Shown: one piece after another, positions 15,851-25,200 of the stretch
How positions within the stretch are numbered: position 1 is the stretch's first letter
How the letters are laid out: the number at the start of each line of letters is the position of its first letter
Program-made: the position numbers and the translations under genes
Source of the DNA: Candidatus Staskawiczbacteria bacterium
Lineage (GTDB): Bacteria; Patescibacteriota; Minisyncoccia; Minisyncoccales; Staskawiczbacteraceae
DNA: 64,000 bases
Assembly: GCA_026395215.1 (NCBI GenBank)
Contig: JAPLZC010000006.1
Location: forward strand, 8,081 to 72,080
Direction of reading: 5' to 3'
Notes under the pieces: generated by a model
Seen by the model: only the letters and a program-made list of their open reading frames with translations
What the model was told of the DNA's origin: nothing
The model's database searches: none

Positions 15851-16999
15851 ATGAATATGTTAAAGGATTTATTTAAGGATTATATTTATCCTGTAGCGGT
15901 GTTTTCGGGGGGGATGGTAGGCGTGGGGTTTTTGTCCCTGCCATATATTGCAGTGCAGACCGGTATTTGGATTATGCTTGGTTATTTTTTGGTTATAACG
16001 GCAATAGTAATTGCGCTTAATTTAATTTTTTGCCAAATAAGTTTAAAGACCCCTGATTACAAAAGATTCCCGGGATTTGTGGGACATTACCTTGGAAAAT
16101 ACGCCAAAGCCTTTTCAATGATATCGGTAATTTTTGCAACCGTTGGAGTACTTCTGGTTTATTTATTAGTTGGTGGCAAGTTTCTAACTACTGTTTTCCA
16201 ACCAATTTTTTCCGGGAGCGTTTTAACCTATGTGCTTATTTATTTTTTCATTGCAAGCATAATTATATATTTTGATATAAAAGTTGTTGCCAGAGCGGAG
16301 TTTTGGATTATAGCCTTACTTTTTTTATCTCTGCTTGTAATTTTTATAGAAGGTTTTTCCCAAGTCAAACTCTCTAATATATTTATTTCAAATTTTAAAC
16401 TTCAAATTTCAAATTATTTCCTGCCTTATGGTCCGCTGTTATTTGCTTTGTGGGGGATTGGGTTAATACCAGAAGTGGAGGAAATGCTTGCCGGCAGAAA
16501 ACATTTACTTAAAAAAACAGTTTTGATTTCAACTATAATAGTTTCTGTTTTTTACTTTTTGTTTATTCTCTTAATAACCGGAATTACCGGAGCAAGAACC
16601 GAGCAGACGGCCTTAATTGGACTTAATAATTTTTTACCAGGTATACTTGTTTCAGTTGCTATTTTTATGGGTATTCTCGCAACTTTTACCGCTTTTATTA
16701 CCCAGGGAATTATTTTTAAAAAAACACTTATGTTTGATTTAAAAATCAAGCATTGGCAGGCCTTTGTAATGACCTGCTTTCCACCGTTGATACTTTTTTT
16801 GCTTGGAATAAACTCTTTTATACCCTTGTTGTCCTTTATTGGAGGAGTTCTTTTAGGAATCAACGGAATTTTAATTTTATTAATGTATAGAAAAATATCT
16901 TGCTTGCCGGCAGAAAAAATAAAAAAGAATATCATAATCTGGGTTTTGTCTTTAGTCTTTTTATTAGGTTTAATTTACGAGATAATATACTTTATTTAA
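15851..16999 (+). CDS. amino-acid-permease-like polytopic membrane protein
   Basis: 382 aa with about 11 hydrophobic helices. The N-terminus resembles aromatic/amino-acid transporter families. The family call is weak. Confidence 0.5.
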   Translation: MNMLKDLFKDYIYPVAVFSGGMVGVGFLSLPYIAVQTGIWIMLGYFLVITAIVIALNLIFCQISLKTPDYKRFPGFVGHYLGKYAKAFSMISVIFATVGVLLVYLLVGGKFLTTVFQPIFSGSVLTYVLIYFFIASIIIYFDIKVVARAEFWIIALLFLSLLVIFIEGFSQVKLSNIFISNFKLQISNYFLPYGPLLFALWGIGLIPEVEEMLAGRKHLLKKTVLISTIIVSVFYFLFILLITGITGARTEQTALIGLNNFLPGILVSVAIFMGILATFTAFITQGIIFKKTLMFDLKIKHWQAFVMTCFPPLILFLLGINSFIPLLSFIGGVLLGINGILILLMYRKISCLPAEKIKKNIIIWVLSLVFLLGLIYEIIYFI

Positions 17000-17006
17000 T
17001 TTTATT

Positions 17007-17981
17007 ATGAATATAATTTTTCAAATTATAATTTTTGGATTTTCTTGTGTGGGGCTATTTCTTGGCGGTAAATTTATGTCAAATTCTGCTATAAGAATTT
17101 CAAAGTTTTTGGGTTGGAAAGAGTTTGTTGTTTCCTTTTTTCTTATTTCTTTTATAGCGTCTTTGCCTGAAATTTCTATTGGTATAACTGCTGCCCTCAA
17201 AGGAATACCAGAATTGTCATTTGGAAATATAATTGGGTCTAATATTATCCACTTTACGCTAGCTATTGGGTTATCTGTTTTAATGCTTGGTGGCGTCACA
17301 ACCAACAGTAGAACAGTACAAATAGGCTCTACTTTTGCAGCCGTTGTCGGAGTTTTTCCTTTATTTATGCTTTGGGATGGAGTTGTGGGTAGAATAGATG
17401 GCGTTATTCTTATGCTTTCATTTATTGTTTATACAGTCTGGATATTTTCAAAAAAAGAACATTTTACAAAAGTTTATAAATTTAAGAAGGGGATTAAAGA
17501 GATAAGCACAGGAGTTGGGAGTTTTTTTAAAGATATAATATTTTTAGCAATTGGTTCTATTTTTATTTTGTTAAGCGCGCAGGGAATTGTTGTTTCAGCT
17601 TCCGATCTTGCGGGCGCCTTAAATGTTCCTGTTGGGCTTATTGGACTTTTAATTGTAGGTATAGGAACTGCCTTGCCAGAGTCATATTTTTCGGCAATGT
17701 CTGCTACCAAAAACCAGTCATGGATGATTTTAGGTAATCTTATGGGATGTGTTGCTATTACAGCAAGCTTTGTTTTGGGTATGGTTGCGGTAATACATCC
17801 AATTGTAATACAAGATCAGTCGCCATATATATTGGCTCGTATATTTTTGATTCTTTCTGCTTTACTATTTCTATTTTTTTCAAAAAATGATAAAAAAATA
17901 AGTCGAAGAGAAGCTATAATTTTAATTTTAATATACGTGGTTTATTTATTAGCAGAAATTTTTATTCGACAAAAATTATAA
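17007..17981 (+). CDS. Ca2+/Na+ antiporter (CaCA / YrbG family)
   Basis: Two alpha-repeat motifs, GNIIGSNIIH and GNLMGCVAIT, and about 10 TM helices. Confidence 0.8.
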   Translation: MNIIFQIIIFGFSCVGLFLGGKFMSNSAIRISKFLGWKEFVVSFFLISFIASLPEISIGITAALKGIPELSFGNIIGSNIIHFTLAIGLSVLMLGGVTTNSRTVQIGSTFAAVVGVFPLFMLWDGVVGRIDGVILMLSFIVYTVWIFSKKEHFTKVYKFKKGIKEISTGVGSFFKDIIFLAIGSIFILLSAQGIVVSASDLAGALNVPVGLIGLLIVGIGTALPESYFSAMSATKNQSWMILGNLMGCVAITASFVLGMVAVIHPIVIQDQSPYILARIFLILSALLFLFFSKNDKKISRREAIILILIYVVYLLAEIFIRQKL

Positions 17982-17986
17982 ATTTT

Positions 17987-20578
17987 GTGAATTTCTCTCA
18001 ATATACAAACATATCGGTTGAAGAAACGTTAAGAAGTCTTAAAACTTCAACTTTTGGTCTTTCTGAAAAAGAGGCAGTATTAAGAATAGAAAAATACGGA
18101 TTAAATGAAATAAAATCAAAAAATATTAACGCCATCAAAGTTCTTTTGAGGCAATTAAAATCTCCTTTTACTTATTTGCTTTTAATTGCCGCCTTAGTGT
18201 CTGTTTTAATAGGCCAATTGGTTGATAGTATTGCGGTTTTTGCCTTTATTGTGATTAATGTAGTTATTGGTTTTGTGCAGGAATACAAAGCAGAGAAAGC
18301 GGTATTTATGTTGCAGGAGTTTATACCAAAAAAAGTAAAAGTTTTGCGTGATTCAAAGGAAGAAATAATAGATGAAAAATTTTTAGTACCCGGAGATATT
18401 GTTTTGTTAGAGGCAGGGGACTTGGTTCCGGCGGATTTGAGGGTAGTAAATATGCACAACTTTTTGGTGAATGAATCGGCACTTACAGGAGAATCGGTTC
18501 CTGTTTCTAAAATTACAGAAGCGTTTAATAGTCAGGAAAGTGAGATATTTAAAGCCAAGAATATTATTTTTTCCGGTTCATTAGTTGTGTCGGGCAAGGC
18601 ACAGGCAATTGCCATAGCCACAGGCAAAGATACTGTTTTTGGTGATATTGTTAAAACAATCTCCGGCATAAGAAGAGAGAGCACCTACGAAAAAAGCATT
18701 TTGTTTTTCTGTAAGCTGATAATGAAAATTGTTGCGACAACAATAATTTTAATTTTTGTTGCAAATATATTAATAAAAGGCGTAAGCAATATTTTTGAGC
18801 TTCTTTTGTTTTCAGTTGCTTTAATAGTGAGTATTTTGCCAGAAGCTTTACCAGCCGTTGTAACTTTTGCGCTTTCGGGCGGAAGTTTACGTATGGCAAA
18901 GCAAAACGTGGTTGTAAAGAGATTATCTGCAATTGAGGATTTGGGAAACATAGAAATTTTGTGCACTGATAAAACAGGAACCTTAACGCAGAATAAACCT
19001 TCTTTAGAAAAAACCGTTTCGTCAGATAAAAAAAAGTGTTTTTTATACGGAATTTTGGCCTCGGGTGGAATTTTTCCCGCCACAGCGGGATCCCGCCCTT
19101 GGCGGGAAAATCCTTTTGACTCGGCCTTATATCAAAGGGCTACGGAAGAAATTTTGAGGGAATCAAAAAAATTTAAAATAGTTTCCGAATTACCATTTGA
19201 TTCATACAGAATGAGGTCGGCTTTTTTGGTAAAGAGTATAAAAAATGAAGCATTTTTAATTGTTAAAGGCGCGCCCGAGTCTATTATAAAAAATTGTAGA
19301 AATTTTTCCGCCCAAGGCGGACCAGCTTCGGGCTGGGATAAAAAAGAAATTCAAGAAGATATTGACAGAGAAGGCGTGGAAGGGAAAAGAGTTTTGGCTA
19401 TAGCATATAAAAAAATAGCAAACGAGAAGCGCGCTACAAACGAGGCCATACGAATAGAAGATGAAAAGGGGCTGACCTTTTTGGGTTATTTTGTTTTTGA
19501 TGATCCAATAAAAACTACTGCAAAAGAGGCGATAAGTTTATCTAAAAAGCTGGGAATTAAAATAAAAATTGTCACAGGAGATTCTAAAGAGGTTGCTTGT
19601 TATGTTGCCAGAAAAACAGGGCTTGTTTCGGGCATTGAAGATACAATTTCTGGTCAGGAATTGGAAAAATTATCAAAGGAAGAATTTGAAGACGCATGTG
19701 AAAGCAAAACTATTTTTGCCCGCATTTCCCCAGACACAAAACACAACATAATAAAATCTCTGCAAAAAAAATGTGAGGTTGGATTTATGGGCGAGGGTGT
19801 TAATGACGCGCCGGCTCTAAAAACAGCCGATGTTGGAATTGCCGTTGTTGAGGCGTCTGACATAGCCAGGGAAGCGGCTGATGTTGTTCTTTTGCAAAAA
19901 GATTTGCGGGTTATTATTAACGGAATTAAGGATGGCCGGACTATTTTTGCAAATATTAATAAATATATTAAATGCGCGCTTGCCAGCAATTTTGGTAATT
20001 TTTATTCAATTGCCGTAATTTCCTTGTTCATAAATTTTTTACCAATGCTTCCGGTACAGATTTTGCTTGGGAATATTTTATCGGATTTTCCATTAATTTC
20101 TATTGCAACTGATTCAGTTGACATAGACGAGCTTAAAAAACCAAAAGCCTACCAGTTGTATAATGTTTTGCCGTTGATTATTTCTCTGGCATTAGTCAGC
20201 ACTGTTTTTGATTTTATTTTCTTTTCTATTTTTCATGCGCAACAACCGGGCGTTATACAAACTTTGTGGTTTATTGAAAGCATTTTAACTGAACTTTTGC
20301 TAATTTACATTATCAGAACACGAGGTATTTTTTACAAAGCAAAAAGACCAGGTTTTTGGCTCATTTTCCTCACTGCAATTGATGGCATATTTGTTGTTGC
20401 CTTGCCGTTTTTGCCAATTGCGCAAAGCTGGTTCCATTTTGCAGTTTTGCCAATTATGCCATTGTTGATTGTTTTTTTCCTAATTGGTATGTATTTTATT
20501 GTCAGCGAAATAGTAAAATTAATCTATTTCCATTACCTGCCTGCCGGCAGGCAGGTTGGAAGCCAAAGATTTCTGTGA
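17987..20578 (+). CDS. cation-transporting P-type ATPase (type II, Ca2+/Mg2+-like)
   Basis: Motifs LTGES, CTDKTGTLT, VTGD and GEGVNDAPAL. GTG start. TGA stop. Confidence 0.9.
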   Translation: MNFSQYTNISVEETLRSLKTSTFGLSEKEAVLRIEKYGLNEIKSKNINAIKVLLRQLKSPFTYLLLIAALVSVLIGQLVDSIAVFAFIVINVVIGFVQEYKAEKAVFMLQEFIPKKVKVLRDSKEEIIDEKFLVPGDIVLLEAGDLVPADLRVVNMHNFLVNESALTGESVPVSKITEAFNSQESEIFKAKNIIFSGSLVVSGKAQAIAIATGKDTVFGDIVKTISGIRRESTYEKSILFFCKLIMKIVATTIILIFVANILIKGVSNIFELLLFSVALIVSILPEALPAVVTFALSGGSLRMAKQNVVVKRLSAIEDLGNIEILCTDKTGTLTQNKPSLEKTVSSDKKKCFLYGILASGGIFPATAGSRPWRENPFDSALYQRATEEILRESKKFKIVSELPFDSYRMRSAFLVKSIKNEAFLIVKGAPESIIKNCRNFSAQGGPASGWDKKEIQEDIDREGVEGKRVLAIAYKKIANEKRATNEAIRIEDEKGLTFLGYFVFDDPIKTTAKEAISLSKKLGIKIKIVTGDSKEVACYVARKTGLVSGIEDTISGQELEKLSKEEFEDACESKTIFARISPDTKHNIIKSLQKKCEVGFMGEGVNDAPALKTADVGIAVVEASDIAREAADVVLLQKDLRVIINGIKDGRTIFANINKYIKCALASNFGNFYSIAVISLFINFLPMLPVQILLGNILSDFPLISIATDSVDIDELKKPKAYQLYNVLPLIISLALVSTVFDFIFFSIFHAQQPGVIQTLWFIESILTELLLIYIIRTRGIFYKAKRPGFWLIFLTAIDGIFVVALPFLPIAQSWFHFAVLPIMPLLIVFFLIGMYFIVSEIVKLIYFHYLPAGRQVGSQRFL

Positions 20579-20593
20579 TAAACTAAATTAAAC

Positions 20594-21643
20594 ATGGATA
20601 TAACAACTATACTTTTAATAGTAATTGCAGTGGGGATAATTATAGCTGTTTTTTTGTTGTTAAGAAGAGAAAAGAAAGATTTGCCTGCGCAGGCAGGGGA
20701 CGGGTCTCTATTAATGCTTCAACAACAGTTGAATCAGGTGGCACAGGCGGTGGACAGTAAGTTATCAGAGTCAAATAAAAATGTGCAGGAGCAATTTAAA
20801 CATTCGGCTGATATAATTAGAAATGTTACTGAGAAGCTGACTAAGTTAGATGAAACAAATAGGCAAGTGGTTGGGTTTGCTGACCAATTAAAAAGTTTGC
20901 AGGATATTTTAAAAAATCCAAAACAGCGTGGAATTCTGGGGGAATACTATTTGGAAACCGTTTTAAAAAATGTTTTACCGCCTTCGTCTTTTCAAATGCA
21001 ATATTCATTTTCCAATGGCGAAATTGTTGATGCGGTTGTTTTTGTAGATAAGCGTATAATCCCAATAGACTCAAAGTTTTCTCTGGATAATTATAACAGA
21101 ATGTTGCAAACCAATGACCCGGTTGAAATAAAAAGATTGGAAACGGCTTTTGTTAATGATTTGAAATTGAGAATAGACGAAACCGCAAAATATGTAAGGC
21201 CGGAAGAAAAAACAATGGATTTTGCTTTTATGTTTATTCCATCAGAAGCCGTATATTATGATTTGTTAATAAATAAAGTCGGGGTTATTGCCGAAGACAC
21301 AAATAATTTAATTTATTACGCCGGAAAGAAAAAAGTTATTGTTGTTTCACCAACTTCATTTTTAGCTTATTTACAGACAGTTTTGCAGGGCTTAAGAAAT
21401 CAAAAAATTTCAGAACAAGCACAGACAATAATAAAAGAGGTAGAACGGCTGGGCAAACACTTATTTACTTACTCGGAGCATTTTAATCGTTTAGGTCAGC
21501 ATTTAGACGAGACAGTAGGTAGTTTTAACAAGGCAAAGGTAGAATTTGCAAAAGTTGATAAAGACGTAATAAAACTGGCCGGTGGGGAGAGTAAGCTGAA
21601 ATTAGAGGAAGTAGAAAGGCCTGCGATTGACAGCGGACAATAG
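20594..21643 (+). CDS. rmuC: DNA recombination protein RmuC
   Basis: N-terminal TM helix, coiled coil and C-terminal nuclease-like blocks (IPIDSKF, FMFIPSEAVY, VVSPTSFLAYLQTV). Confidence 0.85.
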   Translation: MDITTILLIVIAVGIIIAVFLLLRREKKDLPAQAGDGSLLMLQQQLNQVAQAVDSKLSESNKNVQEQFKHSADIIRNVTEKLTKLDETNRQVVGFADQLKSLQDILKNPKQRGILGEYYLETVLKNVLPPSSFQMQYSFSNGEIVDAVVFVDKRIIPIDSKFSLDNYNRMLQTNDPVEIKRLETAFVNDLKLRIDETAKYVRPEEKTMDFAFMFIPSEAVYYDLLINKVGVIAEDTNNLIYYAGKKKVIVVSPTSFLAYLQTVLQGLRNQKISEQAQTIIKEVERLGKHLFTYSEHFNRLGQHLDETVGSFNKAKVEFAKVDKDVIKLAGGESKLKLEEVERPAIDSGQ

Positions 21644-21645
21644 TC

Positions 21646-21774
21646 TTGCTATAATGTCTAATTAACCTAATTATTCTAATTAACCTAATCAAGTTCTAAA
21701 TTTAGAAATTTAAAAATTAGAAATTATTTAGAATAATTAGAGCAATTAGCATAATTAGAATAATTTTAAATATT
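21646..21774 (+). promoter_or_regulatory. rplU promoter and long AT-rich hairpin leader
   Basis: Extended -10 TGcTATAAT at 21647-21655. Perfect 14-bp stem 21669-21682 / 21752-21765 (aattattctaatta / taattagaataatt). Central 14-nt palindrome ttctaaatttagaa at 21694-21707. Confidence 0.6.
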
Positions 21775-22080
21775 ATGATTGCAATTATAAAGACTGGCGG
21801 AAAACAATATGTTGTTAAGCCGGGAGACAAATTAAAAATAGAAAAGTTACTCAAGGAAGTGGGGGAAGAGTTTTCCTTTACAGACGTTTTGTTGACTGAA
21901 AAAGCCGGCAGTGTAGAAGTTGGCGCTCCTTTTGTTAAAGCCGATGTAAAAGCAAAAGTCCTAAGCCACGGAAAAGGAGATAAAGTTGTAGTTTACAAAT
22001 ATAAATCAAAGAAAAGAGAAAGCAGAAAAATCGGCCACAGACAACCCTATACCGAAGTAGAAATTCTCAGCATTAAATAA
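21775..22080 (+). CDS. rplU: 50S ribosomal protein L21
   Basis: 101 aa. MIAIIKTGGKQYVVKPGDKLKIEKL is a typical L21 start. Confidence 0.95.
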   Translation: MIAIIKTGGKQYVVKPGDKLKIEKLLKEVGEEFSFTDVLLTEKAGSVEVGAPFVKADVKAKVLSHGKGDKVVVYKYKSKKRESRKIGHRQPYTEVEILSIK

Positions 22081-22090
22081 ATATTTTAAA

Positions 22091-22112
22091 AACCCGCAAA
22101 AGCGGGTTTTTT
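22091..22112 (+). terminator. rho-independent terminator after rplU
   Basis: aacccgc/gcgggtt stem, 4-nt loop, T run. Confidence 0.85.
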
Positions 22113-22247
22113 GTTGCGCAAGTATTGACAACAATTTAAGAAGGAGTATTGTAAAGGTGAATATAAAAATAACACGATCTATTGTTTTTATTATACAAAT
22201 AAATTAAAATAAATAATTAAAATTTATAAATATAATATTAAAAAATT

Positions 22248-25200
22248 ATGGCAAAAACTATAAAAAGAATTTTTAAGTCACAAGCTGGTAAAATAGCAAT
22301 CGGCGCAAGTGTTATATTAACCATTTCATTGGTCACCGTCGGCGTCTTAACCGGTTTTTTTATCCCCGCCGGAAACGCTTTAGCAGCAAGAACAGTAATG
22401 TCTGTAAACTTAAATGGTGTAGCGATGTCTTCGGGTAATAGTATTATTGTTGGGGGGGGGTGGAGTAACAATTTCTGCACAAATTAACGTTAATAATGAT
22501 GGAGGAAGTGATTGGCAATCAACTGGATGGAGAATTTCTACAACAGCTCCAGGTTCTTATAATTGTATAAATCATACAAACCATAATGGTAATGGTAGTT
22601 ATGCGGAAACTTTTAATGTAGCGGCTCCATCAGGTACAGGGACTTACGATGTTTATTTTAAGGCTTTTAGTGACAACTCTTGTGGTTCTGGCAGTTCTGG
22701 CAGTTTTTCTTACAATGACGGTATTGTTGTTAATCTTAAACAGATAACCTCGGCGACAGTTAATGGAGGTTCGAGCGTGACGGTTGCTCCAGGCGCCTTG
22801 ATCTCGACAGTTGTTAATCTTACCGCAACCGGTACTGGTAACGACAATTATTGGAGCTCGACTTCATGGAGGTTATCAACAACTGCTCCAGGGTCTACAA
22901 CCTGCGTAAACACTTCTCCAGATTCAAACACAGCAGGAAATTATACTTCTAACGCTTTTAATGTTACGGCCCCTGCTAGTTCTGGAACATACAATTTATA
23001 TTTGATCGCAAGAGAAAATAATTCTTGTGGCGGTGCCTCCAGTTCAGTGTATACATTATTAGGCGCAGTAACAGTTGTTACCGATAGTACCCCTCCGACA
23101 GTTTTGAGTATTGTCATGGATGATACTGATTTTAAGATTGGAGACACAGCTCAAGTTGATATTACGTTTTCAGAGGCAGTTACGGGTTTTGATAATAGCG
23201 ACATAACAACAATAGATAACGGTACCTTAACACCAGTATCTTCATCTGATGGCGGAGTAACTTGGTCAGCGGTATTTACTCCCACAAACGATATTGAGGT
23301 TCCTGCAGATCCATTTGGAATACCATCGAAAAACTTAATAGTTGTAACTTTGACTGGCTTAGCTGATTTAGCCGGAAACGCCGGAGTTGGGACAGAAAGA
23401 TCGAGCTATTATTCAATAGACACAAAAGCACCAGTTTTGACTCTACCTTCCAATATTACAGTAGAAGCTACTGGCCCAAGTAGTGCAGTGGTTACATGGG
23501 AGGCATCGGCAACTGATTTAGATCCAGCCAATCCAACGGTAACTTGTGCTCAGAGTTCTGGTTCAACTTTTTACCTTGGATCAGAAGGAGTTAATTGCTC
23601 TGCTACCGATACCGCTGGCAACACAGCCACTGGTGGTTTTAGCGTAACAGTGCAAGATACTACTCCACCAGTATTGACAGCTCCAGCTGATCAAACCTTT
23701 GAGGCAACTGGATCAATTGATTCTTATTCATTAGTTTTGGCAACAGCTACTGATATTGCTGACGCAAGCGTAGATATTGATTCTAATCCAACTAGTTTTC
23801 CATTAGGAACAACCCTTGTTACTTGGACCGCAACTGATGATTCTGGTAATACAGCCACAGCTACTTCTAATGTGACTATTGTTGACACTACCGCACCAAT
23901 AATTGCTTTAATGGGTAACAATCCTTTTGATTTATATATTAACAATGATTACTCTGAACCTGGATTTTCTGCTGTAGATATTGTTGATGGTGATATAACA
24001 GGAAGCGTTACTGTTGAGGGAGAAGATTTTGACAATACTGTTTTGGGAGCACATATTATTACTTATAGTGTTACTGATGCTAATGGAAATAGCACAAGTG
24101 TGACTAGAACAGTAAATATTGTTGATAGAAATAAACCGATTATTTATAGAGTTGGCGCCAGTCCATTAACAGTTGAAGGCGGATCAACTTACACCGATCA
24201 AGGGGCAACAGCCATTGATAGAGACGGGTCTGATATTACTTCATCAATTATTACAGTAAACCCAGTAAATACCGTTGTTTTGGGTGGTTATACCGTGACA
24301 TACGATGTTACTGGAGCTGAATTAGGTGATTTGACTGGGACAAATATTGCAGACCAGGCAAAGAGAATCGTGAATGTTGTTGATACTACTGCGCCGATTA
24401 TCTATGTAGATCCAGGCGCTGTAAATGTTAATGTTGGCGATTCTTATATTGATACTGGAGTAACAGCTTCTGATATTATTGATGGTGATTTAACTTCTTC
24501 AATTGTAAGAAGCGGGACATTCACCGACACGTCAACACCTGGAACCTACACTATTCTTTATGACGTCTCAGATTCTGCTGGAAATCCCGCAATAACGATT
24601 CAACGATCAATCAACGTAGTTGTTCCCGACACCAAGGCCCCAGATCTTACCTCTGCAGATTTGATTGATGGTATAACAATAACAGCCTTCTTTGATGAAA
24701 ATCTCGACGACGATGCATTACAGGCAGGCGACTTTGGAGTTAAAATAAATGATATTGGTGAATTTATTTATCCAATTAGTGCGGTTGATGACAATGGCAC
24801 TGTCACATTAATATTCACTGACAGTTTCGGAACTGCCAATTCTCTTAAACTTTATATTAATCCTAATACACCAATGAGTATTAAGGATATTGCTGGTAAC
24901 GAACAAACAGGTTATTATGGAGTAACCGTAAATGACAAAATTAAGCCAGTTATTACCTTAACCGGTGACGCTACTGTAAATCTATTTGTTGGTGGTTCTT
25001 ATATAGAAACTGGAGCAACTGCTAGTGACATCATTGACGAATTAATTACAGTTACAGTTACGGGTACAGTTGATACAAATACAGTTGGAACATATACTAT
25101 ATATTACAATGCATCTGACTTGGCTGGTAATCCTGCAAATGAAGTAACTAGAACAGTTAATGTTAATTTGCAACCGGTAAATGGTGGGTGGTCGGATTGG

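Noticed and set aside
15907-15913. Other G/C homopolymers (G7 at 15907-15913 in the permease gene; G7 at 60421-60427 in the Cys-rich protein gene) as additional phase-variation switches.
   Set aside because: Both are currently in frame, shorter, and encode plausible Gly-Gly or Pro-Pro. Without read-level length variation they are not distinguishable from ordinary sequence.
21644-21774. The word-repeat intergenic regions (2050-2147, 12574-12658, 13547-13634, 21644-21774, 28450-28541, 37404-37509) as CRISPR arrays or tandem minisatellites.
   Set aside because: There is no regular repeat-spacer periodicity. The repeats are 6-9-mers arranged as inverted arms rather than 25-40-nt direct repeats, and no cas genes are present.
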